The notes beneath the pieces are model-generated. The model did no database searches. It worked only from the letters and a program-made list of their open reading frames with translations, and had not been told where the DNA came from. Positions 8,106-17,837 of a stretch of 64,000 nt of DNA are shown here, piece by piece. A program made the translations under genes and the position numbers. Numbering within the stretch: position 1 is the stretch's first letter; each line of letters starts with the position of its first letter. The DNA comes from an uncultured Actinomycetes bacterium (GTDB taxonomy: Bacteria > Actinomycetota > Thermoleophilia > UBA2241): positions 224,001-288,000 of the forward strand of contig CAVYCN010000002.1 in NCBI GenBank assembly GCA_963767005.1, given 5' to 3'.

Positions 8106-9439
8106 GCAGGCCGACGAGCGTGGGTGGCCCGCCGCCGACGCCAGAGGGACGCGTGCCGGCCGACTTCGTTCTGCGGCACGCGAGCGAGCTCGTCACGATG
8201 GCGCCGGGCGCCGCCCCGGCCGCCGGCGCCGGCCTTGGGCCCGGCGATGACGGCCTCGGCGTGCTGGCGGACGCGGCCCTGGCCGCGCGCGACGGACGCG
8301 TGGTGTGGGTGGGGCGCGACGTCGAGCTCGGCGGCGCCGTCGAGGTGCTCGCCGGCGCCGCCGAGCTCGACGCGGCCGGCGCCTGCGTGCTGCCCGGCTT
8401 CGTCGACGCGCACACGCACGCCGTCTTCGCCGGCTCGCGCGCCGGCGAGTACGCGGCCCGGCTCGGCGGCGTGAGCTACGCCGAGATCCTGGCCTCGGGT
8501 GGCGGTATCAACGCCACGGTGAGCGCGACGCGGGCGGCGAGCCTCGCCGAGCTCACATCCGCGACCCGCCGGCGCCTCGACTCGTTCCTCGCCCACGGTA
8601 CGACCACGCTCGAGGTCAAGAGCGGCTACGGTGCGACCACCGTGGACGAGGCGCGCATGCTCGACGCGGCGGCGGCGGAGCATCCGACGCGCCGCCGCCT
8701 CACCCTGCTGGGGGCCCACTTCACGCCGCCCGAGTTCGCCGGCCGCGACGACGACTTCATCGCCTACGTCTGCGACGACATGCTGCCGGCGCTGCGCGGC
8801 CGTGCCGACTTCGTCGACGTGTTCTGCGACGAGGGCGCCTTCAGCGTGGCGCAGTCGCGCCGGGTGCTCGAGGCGGGGAAGAGGCTCGGCTTCGGCCTCA
8901 AGGTCCACGCCGACGAGCTCGCTCGCTCGGGCGGCTCGCTCCTGGCGGCCGAGCTCGGCTGCATGTCGGCCGACCACCTCGTGCACGCCGGGCCCGCCGA
9001 GATCGCGGCCCTGCGCGACGCCGGCGTGGTCGCCGCGCTGCTGCCGGGCACGAGCTTCACGCTGCACCAGGCCTACGCCCCCGCTCGTGAGATGCTCGAA
9101 GCGGGCCTCGAGATCGCCCTGGCGACCGACTTCAACCCCGGTACCTGCTACTGCGAGAGCATGCAGCAGGTCATCGCCCTGGCCTGTCAGGAGATGCGTC
9201 TCACCCCGGCCCAGGCGCTGCGCGCCGCGACCGCCGGCGGCGCCGCGGCGCTCGGTCTGCGCGGACGGGTCGGCGGCCTCGCACCCGGCATGGCCTGCGA
9301 CCTGATCGTGCTCGACGCGGCCAGCCGCCACGAGCTGCCCTACCACTTCGGCGTGAACCTGGCGGCGGTCGTGGTGGCCGGCGGCCGGGTGGTCGCCCGG
9401 AGCGGCGCGCCCTGGCACGAGGGCGAGGAGTCGCGATGA
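8102..9439 (+). CDS. hutI: Imidazolonepropionase
   Basis: [34 protein letters not shown] and ATDFNPG motifs. Confidence 0.95.
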   Translation: MSRPTSVGGPPPTPEGRVPADFVLRHASELVTMAPGAAPAAGAGLGPGDDGLGVLADAALAARDGRVVWVGRDVELGGAVEVLAGAAELDAAGACVLPGFVDAHTHAVFAGSRAGEYAARLGGVSYAEILASGGGINATVSATRAASLAELTSATRRRLDSFLAHGTTTLEVKSGYGATTVDEARMLDAAAAEHPTRRRLTLLGAHFTPPEFAGRDDDFIAYVCDDMLPALRGRADFVDVFCDEGAFSVAQSRRVLEAGKRLGFGLKVHADELARSGGSLLAAELGCMSADHLVHAGPAEIAALRDAGVVAALLPGTSFTLHQAYAPAREMLEAGLEIALATDFNPGTCYCESMQQVIALACQEMRLTPAQALRAATAGGAAALGLRGRVGGLAPGMACDLIVLDAASRHELPYHFGVNLAAVVVAGGRVVARSGAPWHEGEESR

Positions 9440-10338
9440 CGCTGGTCGAGTGCGTGCCCAACTTCTCCGAGGGCCGGCGGCCCGAGGTGATCGACGAGAT
9501 CGGTGGCGCGATCTCAGCGACGCCGGGCGTGACGCTGCTCGACAGCCAGAGCGACGCCCACCACAACCGCTGCGTCCTGACGTTCGTCGGCGAGTCCGGG
9601 GCCGCGCAGGAGGCGGCCTACCGGGCGATCGCCACGGCGGCTCGCCTGATCGACCTCACCCGTCACGAGGGCGCGCACCCGCGCTTCGGGGCGGCCGACG
9701 TCGTGCCGTTCGTGCCGGTCAGAGCCGGCGACATGGCGGTCTGCGTCGAGGCGGCCCATCGGCTGGGCGCCCGGGTGGGCGCCGACCTCGCCATCCCCGT
9801 GTACTTCTACGAAGAGGCGGCGCGCCGCCCCGAGCGGCGCAACCTCGCCGACGTGCGACGCGGCGAGTTCGAGGGGCTGCGCGAGGCGATCGGACGCGAC
9901 CCGGAGCGGGCGCCCGACGAGGGGCCGGCGGCCGTCCACCCGCAGGCCGGGGCGGTGGCGATCGGCGCCCGCGCGCCGCTCATCGCCTACAACGTCAATC
10001 TGGTCTCCAGCGATCTCGCACTCGCCAGGCGCATCGCGACCGAGATCCGCGAGCGCGACGGCGGCCTGCCCTGCGTGAAGGCCATGGGCCTCGCGCTCGA
10101 CGACGGCGTCCAGGTCTCGATGAACCTGACCGACTTCCGCCGCACGTCCGTGCTGACCGCCTTCGAGGCGGTGCGCAGCCGGGCCGCGGCGGCCGGCGTC
10201 GCCGTACGCGAGAGCGAGGTCGTCGGGCTGCTGCCCGAGGACGCCCTCACCGGCCTCGCCCGCGAGGTGCTCGCCGCGCCGCAGCTCACGCGCGCCCAGG
10301 TGCTCGAGGCCAGGGTGCTCGACAACCTGCTGTCGTAG
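9436..10338 (+). CDS. ftcD: Glutamate formimidoyltransferase
   Basis: LVECVPNFSEGRR, HHNR, HPRFGAADVVPF and QVSMNL motifs. Confidence 0.93.
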   Translation: MTLVECVPNFSEGRRPEVIDEIGGAISATPGVTLLDSQSDAHHNRCVLTFVGESGAAQEAAYRAIATAARLIDLTRHEGAHPRFGAADVVPFVPVRAGDMAVCVEAAHRLGARVGADLAIPVYFYEEAARRPERRNLADVRRGEFEGLREAIGRDPERAPDEGPAAVHPQAGAVAIGARAPLIAYNVNLVSSDLALARRIATEIRERDGGLPCVKAMGLALDDGVQVSMNLTDFRRTSVLTAFEAVRSRAAAAGVAVRESEVVGLLPEDALTGLAREVLAAPQLTRAQVLEARVLDNLLS

Positions 10339-10470
10339 CCGGCCGGCCCGGGCGGGCCGGCTCGTCGCCTCGCTGCGCGGGCCGGCGCGATCGCCCTCGC
10401 GGTTCGTGCCTGGGTCGTGCGTCGTCTCGTGGCCGGCTCTTTCCGTCCGACCCCCCCTGTAGCATCCCGC

Positions 10471-10517
10471 TTGACACGAACACGTGTTCCGCCCTATAGT
10501 CAGGCGAACATATGTTC
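10471..10517 (+). promoter_or_regulatory. lexA promoter with two SOS boxes
   Basis: TTGACA(10471)-N18-TATAGT(10495); GAACACGTGTTC (10478-10489) and GAACATATGTTC (10506-10517). Confidence 0.9.
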
Positions 10518-10534
10518 GAGACAAGGAGAGGGGC

Positions 10535-11128
10535 GTGACTGGTCTGACCGCACGACAGGAGCAGGTGCTTCGGTTCATCCGCGAGTTCACCCGCGCCAAC
10601 GGCTACCCGCCCACCGTCCGCGAGATCGGCAGTCAGCTCGAGCTGTCGTCGCCCTCAACGGTCCACGTGCACCTCGGCAACCTCGAGCGTCTCGGCCTCA
10701 TCCGTCGCGACCCCAGCAAGCCCAGGGCGCTCGAGCTGGTCGACGCGCTCCGGCCGCTCAAGCCCCTGCCGCTCGTCGGCCAGGTGGCGGCGGGCGTGCC
10801 CATCCTCGCCGAGCAGAACATCGAAGACTACGTCGACGTCCCGGCCCTTCTGCGCCGCAGCGACGACGACTTCCTGCTGCGGGTCGAGGGCGACTCCATG
10901 GTCGACGCCGGCATCCACAACGACGACCTCATCGTCGTGCATCGCCAGGCGACCGCCGACAACGGCGATATCGTCGTCGCCCTGGTCGGCGACGAAGCCA
11001 CCACCAAGCGCTTCTACCGCGAGTCCGGGCATGTCCGCCTGCAGCCGGCCAACGACCTCTACGAGCCCATCGTGCTCGACGACGTCGAGCTCGTCGGGCG
11101 GGTCGTGGGGGTGCTGCGCAGGCTATGA
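10535..11128 (+). CDS. lexA: SOS repressor LexA
   Basis: GYPPTVREIG HTH, VAAG cleavage site, GDSM catalytic Ser, TTKRF Lys; SD AAGGAGAG before GTG 10535. Confidence 0.97.
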   Translation: MTGLTARQEQVLRFIREFTRANGYPPTVREIGSQLELSSPSTVHVHLGNLERLGLIRRDPSKPRALELVDALRPLKPLPLVGQVAAGVPILAEQNIEDYVDVPALLRRSDDDFLLRVEGDSMVDAGIHNDDLIVVHRQATADNGDIVVALVGDEATTKRFYRESGHVRLQPANDLYEPIVLDDVELVGRVVGVLRRL

Positions 11129-11367
11129 GTCTCGTCGCCCTCGCCGAACCGTCCCGCACCCTGGCTCAGGCCGTCGACGACCTGGTCGTGCTCACGCGCA
11201 ACCAGGCCGGCGGCACCTGTCTGTGGTGCGGGTCGCGCGACCTGTGGGTCGCTGCGGCGGGCGGCGGCGCGACCACCGACGGGCCCTGCCTGGTCGTGAC
11301 CTGCCGCGACTGCGGCGCCGAGCTCGTCACCGAACCGCTTTCCACGTCGAGGGGTCGGTGCGCATGA
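11125..11367 (+). CDS. 80-aa zinc-ribbon protein (CLWC...CRDC)
   Basis: ATGA overlaps with both the lexA stop and the next start; two CxxC pairs. Confidence 0.65.
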   Translation: MSLVALAEPSRTLAQAVDDLVVLTRNQAGGTCLWCGSRDLWVAAAGGGATTDGPCLVVTCRDCGAELVTEPLSTSRGRCA

Positions 11368-11783
11368 CCGACGCACCGAGCCGCTACGGCCCTGCCATCG
11401 GCCCCTCGCCGGTCGCGCCGGCTCCCGCTCGGGAGCCCGCGGCCCCAGCGCGCAGACGGTACCCCCCCGAACGGCGGCGGCGTGCGGCCGCACGCCGCCG
11501 CCGGCTGCGCGGCCTTGCCCGGCTTGCCGTGCTGCTGCTCGTCCTGCTCGTCGCGATCTGGGCGGGCGCGCGCATCGCCAACGCCACGAGCAACGGCGCG
11601 GCCTTCACCGAGCACCGGTACGTGGTGCACGCCGGCGACACGCTGTGGAGCGTCGCGACTCGAGCCTACCCGGGTCAGCACGATCCGCGCCGCCTGGTGT
11701 TCGCGATCGAGCAGCGCAACCACCTGGCGGGGGCCGACGTTCACCCCGGACAGGTGCTCATTCTGCCGATCCAGGCGCAGTAG
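11364..11783 (+). CDS. Single-TM LysM protein, YneA/ChiZ/DivS-like SOS cell-division inhibitor
   Basis: Arg-rich N-terminus, one TM helix, C-terminal LysM (YVVHAGDTLWSVA...VHPGQVLILP); lies in the lexA operon. Confidence 0.8.
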   Translation: MTDAPSRYGPAIGPSPVAPAPAREPAAPARRRYPPERRRRAAARRRRLRGLARLAVLLLVLLVAIWAGARIANATSNGAAFTEHRYVVHAGDTLWSVATRAYPGQHDPRRLVFAIEQRNHLAGADVHPGQVLILPIQAQ

Positions 11784-11832
11784 CGCGGGCGGCCGCCGGG
11801 CGCGGCCGGCCGGCAAGGGCGGATAGCTTCGG

Positions 11833-12810
11833 CTAGAGCCAGTTGCGCCGCTTGAAGAAGGCGTACAGACCCACCGCACTGCCGGCCATGAGCGCCAAGG
11901 CATAGGGGTAGCCCAGTTCCCAGTGCAGCTCGGGCATGTGGTCGAAGTTCATACCGTAGATGCTCGCGATCACCGTGGGCAGGGCGATGATCGCCGCCCA
12001 CGAGCTCACCTTCAGCACGACCTCGTTCATGTTGTTCGAGATCACCGACAGGTGGGCTTCGAGCGCCGCCGAGATCAGGTCGTGCATGGTGTCGAGGTCC
12101 TCCGACACGCGCACCACGTGGTCGTACAGGTCGCGCACGTAGGCGTCGAGGTCGAGCGACAGCACTTCCTCGTCGCGGCGCAGCAGCACGTTCAGTACCT
12201 CGCGCATGGGCGCCACGGCGCGGCGGAACAGAATGACGTCGCGCCGCGCTGCGAAGGCCGGCTCCAGGCCGCTGCCGCTCGCGGCCTGGGGGCCGTAGAT
12301 GAGGTGCTCCTCGAGCGCCTCGACTTTGTCCTGCAGGGCATCGACGGCCACGAAGTAGCCGTCGACCACGTGGTCGAGGAGGACGTAGGCGAAGAAGCCG
12401 CCGCCGAAACGCTCGAGCTGCTCCGGGGCGTGGTCGACCCGGTCGCGCAGGTCCGACAAGCCGTCGTCACCGTCGTGGCGGACCGTGATCGCGTAGTCCC
12501 GCGACACATAGCTCGTGATCTCGCGCAGGTCGATGGGGGCGTCGTCGACCGCGGCGGAGTAGGCAACGAGCGAGAAGAACCCCTCATACTGGTCGATCTT
12601 CGGCCGTTGGCGCGCAAGCACCGCATCCTCGATGGCGAGTGGGTGCAGGTGGAACGCGCTCTGCAGACGGCTCAGGACCTCCGCATCGGGCTGGGGCAGG
12701 TCGATCCAAGCGAAGGTCGCGGGGTCGCGACACTCGTTCGCCGCCTGGTCGAGCGTCCACTGCTCATCGACGCGGCGCCCTTGCCGATAGGCGATGACGC
12801 TGGGCTCCAT
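11833..12810 (-). CDS. corA: Mg2+/Co2+ transporter CorA
   Basis: LHPLAIED, QRPKID, YGMNF and MPEL motifs. Confidence 0.93.
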   Translation of the reverse strand: MEPSVIAYRQGRRVDEQWTLDQAANECRDPATFAWIDLPQPDAEVLSRLQSAFHLHPLAIEDAVLARQRPKIDQYEGFFSLVAYSAAVDDAPIDLREITSYVSRDYAITVRHDGDDGLSDLRDRVDHAPEQLERFGGGFFAYVLLDHVVDGYFVAVDALQDKVEALEEHLIYGPQAASGSGLEPAFAARRDVILFRRAVAPMREVLNVLLRRDEEVLSLDLDAYVRDLYDHVVRVSEDLDTMHDLISAALEAHLSVISNNMNEVVLKVSSWAAIIALPTVIASIYGMNFDHMPELHWELGYPYALALMAGSAVGLYAFFKRRNWL

Positions 12811-12959
12811 CTCACGGCAGGAGTTCGCCGCACGTGGGGCCTCTCCCTGCCGGCCCGGCCGGCGTGTCCAGGCCCGCAGGCGGGGCGCGGCGCCGGGCTG
12901 CGCCTGTCGTGAATGCCGGGAGCCCGCACGATGCCCGGTGGTATACTGCGCCGCAGGCG

Positions 12960-13036
12960 CGGGACGTGGCGCAGCCTGGTAGCGCACCTGCTTTGGGAGC
13001 AGGGGGTCGGCGGTTCGAGTCCGCCCGTCCCGACCA
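12960..13036 (+). tRNA. tRNA-Pro (TGG)
   Basis: Cloverleaf CGGGACG...CGTCCCG-ACCA with anticodon loop TT-TGG-GA; -10 TATACT at 12942. Confidence 0.96.
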
Positions 13037-13055
13037 GGCATCCCGTCGCATGCGA

Positions 13056-13132
13056 GCGGGAGTAGCTCAGTTGGCTAGAGCATCAGCCTTCCAAGCTGAG
13101 GGTCGCGGGTTCGAGGCCCGTCTCCCGCTCCA
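13056..13132 (+). tRNA. tRNA-Gly (TCC)
   Basis: GCGGGAG...CTCCCGC-TCCA with anticodon loop CT-TCC-AA. Confidence 0.96.
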
Positions 13133-13165
13133 ATTCGATCTTCCGTCCGTTCCGTCACCGCGCGT

Positions 13166-13242
13166 GCGCCCGTAGCTCAGCCGGATAGAGCGTCGGACTT
13201 CTAATCCGAGGGTCGCAGGTTCGAATCCTGCCGGGCGCGCCA
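13166..13242 (+). tRNA. tRNA-Arg (TCT)
   Basis: GCGCCCG...CGGGCGC-GCCA with anticodon loop CT-TCT-AA. Confidence 0.96.
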
Positions 13243-13530
13243 GTAGGTCTGCGCCTGACCACATCGGCCGTAACCTGAGAGGAGCCGTTGGCGCCTTGTC
13301 TCCTGGCAAGGCGTCCGCAGACGCATCACCGGGGCGCCGGCGTGAGAGCCGCCCACCGGTTCGTGTCGGGGCCGCGCGCGCGCGATTCCCGCTCGCGTGA
13401 CTCGATGCCCGAGCCACAGTCGCAGACGTCGACGGGTTACACCATCGCCTCCGAGGGGAGGTTGAGCAGTGACGGTGACGCGACGAGCTCGTTCGGCGGG
13501 CGGCGTCCCCGGCCCCACGAGAGGCCCACC

Positions 13531-13830
13531 ATGATCCTCATGCTGCAGCACACCGTGCGCGACTACGAGGCCTGGAAGCCCGTCTTCGACGAGCACGAAG
13601 GCACGCGCGCCAAGTACGGCTGTCTTGGTCACACGACCTACCGCGCCACGGACAAGCCGAACGACTTGACCGTCCTGCTCAGGTGGGAGTCGCGCGAGCG
13701 CGCCGAGGAGTTCCTGCACGATCCGTCGCTGGCCGATGCCATGCAGCGTGGCGGCGTGGTCAGCGAGCCGCACGCGACGTGGGTGGACAAGAGCGATACC
13801 GTTACCTACGCGGCACGCAAGGCCGCCTGA
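13531..13830 (+). CDS. Small dimeric alpha/beta-barrel (cyclase/ABM-like) protein
   Basis: HTVRDYEAWKPVFD...AMQRGGVVSEP pattern; GAGAGG SD before ATG 13531. Confidence 0.7.
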   Translation: MILMLQHTVRDYEAWKPVFDEHEGTRAKYGCLGHTTYRATDKPNDLTVLLRWESRERAEEFLHDPSLADAMQRGGVVSEPHATWVDKSDTVTYAARKAA

Positions 13831-13843
13831 CTTCGACCGGCTT

Positions 13844-13882
13844 CAGGCCCGCCTGCGTGGTGCACACCCGCAGGCGGGCCTG
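13844..13882 (+). terminator. Hairpin terminator
   Basis: caggcccgcctgcg...cgcaggcgggcctg inverted repeat after the stop codon. Confidence 0.6.
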
Positions 13883-14063
13883 TCTGCGTGCTACCAAAGT
13901 CCACCGCGAACGCGCGGCACCGGAGCGCGGCAGAGGGTCGAACGCCAAGCGGCGTCGCCCCCGATACCGGTCTTCGGCATCTTCGCGGCGGCCGGGCGAC
14001 GTGCTATCCTTACTCGCCGCTTTCCAAGGCGAGCGGCGTGCCACAAGGGTCGACGGATACCGT

Positions 14064-14140
14064 GGTGGGGGTAGCTCAGCTGGTAGAGCTCCAGGTTGTG
14101 GCCCTGGCGGTCGCGGGTTCGAATCCCGTCCCTCACCCCA
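14064..14140 (+). tRNA. tRNA-His (GTG)
   Basis: G(-1)GTGGGGG...CCCTCAC-CCCA with anticodon loop TT-GTG-GC. Confidence 0.95.
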
Positions 14141-14165
14141 GCACCTCCCGCGTCCCGAAACGCCT

Positions 14166-14252
14166 GCGGGTGTGGCGGAACTGGTAGACGCGCTAGACTT
14201 AGGATCTGGTGGGCCAAAGCCCGTGGAGGTTCAAGTCCTCTCACCCGCACCA
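14166..14252 (+). tRNA. tRNA-Leu (TAG)
   Basis: GCGGGTG...CACCCGC-ACCA with a long variable arm and anticodon loop CT-TAG-GA. Confidence 0.95.
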
Positions 14253-14344
14253 GCCGTTTCAGCCCCACTCGCCCCTGGCGCGAACGGGATTTGCCGTTCG
14301 TCGGCCGAGGGCAAGAACTCGAAGACGAGGACGGAGACTCCAAA

Positions 14345-15772
14345 GTGAAGACAGAGGTCAAGCCGGTCGCCGAGAACGAGGTCGAGCTCGCGGTCGAGGT
14401 GCCGCGCGTCGACGTCGAAGCCAAGGTCGAGCGCACCATCTCGCGCTTGCAGCGCGAGAGCTCGGTGCCCGGTTTTCGCAAGGGCAGGGTCCCTCGGCAG
14501 ATCGTGCTCAGCCGGCTCGGCCAGGACTACGTCCTGAGCCAGACCCTGAACGACTTCCTGCCCGAGTGGTACGAGAGCGCGATCGACGAGGCCGACATCG
14601 ACCCGGTGTCGCAGCCCGAGATCGACTTCGGCGACTTTACCGGCGAAGGGGACTTCGCCTTCACTGCCAAGGTCCAGGTGCGCCCTGAGCCCACGCTCGG
14701 CCAGTACACCGGCCTCGAGGTCGTGAAGGACCCGGTCGAGATCACCGACGCCCAGGTCGACGCCCAGTTGACCATGCTCCAGGAGCGCTTCGCGAGCCTC
14801 GGGCCGGTCGAAGGCAGGGCCGCCGCCAGGGGCGACTTCGTGCAGATCGACTTCGCCGGCACGCTCGACGACGTCCCGCTCGAGGGCGCGCAGGCCGACG
14901 ACTACATGCTCGAGGTCGGCCAGGGCAACCTCATCCCGGGTTTCGAGGAGCACCTCGAGGGTCTCGCGGCGGGGGAGACGACGACCTTCGACATCGTGTT
15001 CCCCGACGACTACCAGGCCGAGGAGCTGCAGGGCAAGGACGTCACCTTCGCCGTGACCATGAAGGAGATCAAAGAGAAGGTCGTGCCGGCGCTCGACGAC
15101 GAGTTCGCCCAGCAGGCGAGCGAGTTCGACACGCTCGCCGCCCTGCGCGACGACATGCGCGAGCGCCTGACCAAGGCGCGCGAGCAGATGGTCGAGCGCG
15201 AGTACCGCGGACGGGTCATCGAGAGGGCCGTCGAGAACGCCACCGTGAACATCCCGTCGGCCATGATCGACCGCCAGGCTCACGCCCTCTTCCACGAGCT
15301 CGAGTCGAGCATCGGCGAGCGTGGCCTCGAGATGGCCGGCTACCTCGAGGCGCTCGGCAAGACCGAGGCCGAGGTCGAGGCCGAGCTGCGACCGCGGGCC
15401 GAAGCCGAGGTGCGCCGCGGCCTCGTCCTGGCCGCCATCCGCGACGCCGAGAAGATCGAAGTCTCAGACGAAGAGCTCCGGGCGCGCATAATGGAGGACG
15501 CCGAGCTGCTGCAGCGCGACCCGAACCAGCTCGTGCTCGACGTGTACGCGTCCGGAAGGCAAAACATGCTGCGCGACGAATTGGTCATCGCCAAGACGGT
15601 CGACTTCCTCGTCGAGCACGCCGTGGCCATCGCGCCCGCACCGGGCGGAGAGAGTGCGCCCAAGGACAAGGCCGGCGCAGCGCCCAAGGCGGGCAAGGCC
15701 GGCGGTAAGGCGGCCGTCAAGACGGCCGGCAAGGCGGCGCCGAAGCGGCGCCCGAAGAAGGCAGCCGAGTAG
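14345..15772 (+). CDS. tig: Trigger factor
   Basis: [10 protein letters not shown] ribosome-binding motif, FKBP domain ([13 protein letters not shown]), Lys/Ala-rich tail. Confidence 0.95.
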   Translation: MKTEVKPVAENEVELAVEVPRVDVEAKVERTISRLQRESSVPGFRKGRVPRQIVLSRLGQDYVLSQTLNDFLPEWYESAIDEADIDPVSQPEIDFGDFTGEGDFAFTAKVQVRPEPTLGQYTGLEVVKDPVEITDAQVDAQLTMLQERFASLGPVEGRAAARGDFVQIDFAGTLDDVPLEGAQADDYMLEVGQGNLIPGFEEHLEGLAAGETTTFDIVFPDDYQAEELQGKDVTFAVTMKEIKEKVVPALDDEFAQQASEFDTLAALRDDMRERLTKAREQMVEREYRGRVIERAVENATVNIPSAMIDRQAHALFHELESSIGERGLEMAGYLEALGKTEAEVEAELRPRAEAEVRRGLVLAAIRDAEKIEVSDEELRARIMEDAELLQRDPNQLVLDVYASGRQNMLRDELVIAKTVDFLVEHAVAIAPAPGGESAPKDKAGAAPKAGKAGGKAAVKTAGKAAPKRRPKKAAE

Positions 15773-15828
15773 CGAAGATCACGATGTCCCGGGCAGGCGC
15801 GCGGGCCGGGCACCGAAAGGAGACGAAC

Positions 15829-16413
15829 GTGAGTCCACTGGTCCCGATGGTGATCGAGCAGACGAGCCGCGGCGAGCGGGCCTTCGACATCTACTCGCGC
15901 CTCCTGAACGAGCGGGTCATCTTCCTCGGCACGCCGGTCAACGACGACATCGCCAACCTCGTGGTCGCCCAGCTCATCCACCTCGAGTCCGACGACCCCG
16001 ACAAGGACATCAGCATCTACATCAACAGCCCGGGCGGCTCGGTCTACGCCGGCCTGGCGATCTACGACACGATGCAGTTCATCAAGCCCGACGTGTCGAC
16101 CATCTGCGTGGGCATCGGCATGAGCATGGGGGCGCTGATCCTGGCCGGCGGCGCCAAGGGCAAGCGTTTCGCGCTGCCCAACGCCAAGATCCTGATCCAT
16201 CAGCTCGCCGGCGGTTTCGAAGGCCAGGCGGCCGACATCGAGATCCACGCGCGCGAGGTCATCCAGGTGCGCAAGACGCTCGACGAGATCCTCTCCAAGC
16301 ACACCGGACAGCCCGTCGAGAAGGTCTCCAAAGACACCGATCGCGACTACTTCATGACGGCTCTCGAGGCCAAGGAGTACGGCATCATCGACGACGTCAT
16401 CTCGCATCGATAG
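15829..16413 (+). CDS. clpP: Clp protease proteolytic subunit
   Basis: [22 protein letters not shown] and IHQ motifs; SD GAAAGGAG. Confidence 0.97.
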   Translation: MSPLVPMVIEQTSRGERAFDIYSRLLNERVIFLGTPVNDDIANLVVAQLIHLESDDPDKDISIYINSPGGSVYAGLAIYDTMQFIKPDVSTICVGIGMSMGALILAGGAKGKRFALPNAKILIHQLAGGFEGQAADIEIHAREVIQVRKTLDEILSKHTGQPVEKVSKDTDRDYFMTALEAKEYGIIDDVISHR

Positions 16414-16424
16414 GAGGAGTGGGC

Positions 16425-17696
<1,272 letters not shown>

Positions 17697-17737
17697 GCGA
17701 AGGCCGCGACCGGCTGCGCGAGAGCCGGGACCTGGTA

Positions 17738-17777
17738 GACGAGACGGGGGCGGCCCAGCGGCCGCCCCCGTCTCGTC
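17738..17777 (+). terminator. Hairpin terminator / palindrome
   Basis: gacgagacgggggcggcc-cagc-ggccgcccccgtctcgtc. Confidence 0.6.
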
Positions 17778-17837
17778 CGCACCCGGGGCGGCCGGGTATA
17801 CTTTGCCGGCCTCCAGGACAAGGAACGACGCGAGCCC

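Noticed and set aside
12960-14252. Prophage or integrative element at the tRNA cluster
   Set aside because: No integrase, no duplicated tRNA 3' end and no compositional shift.
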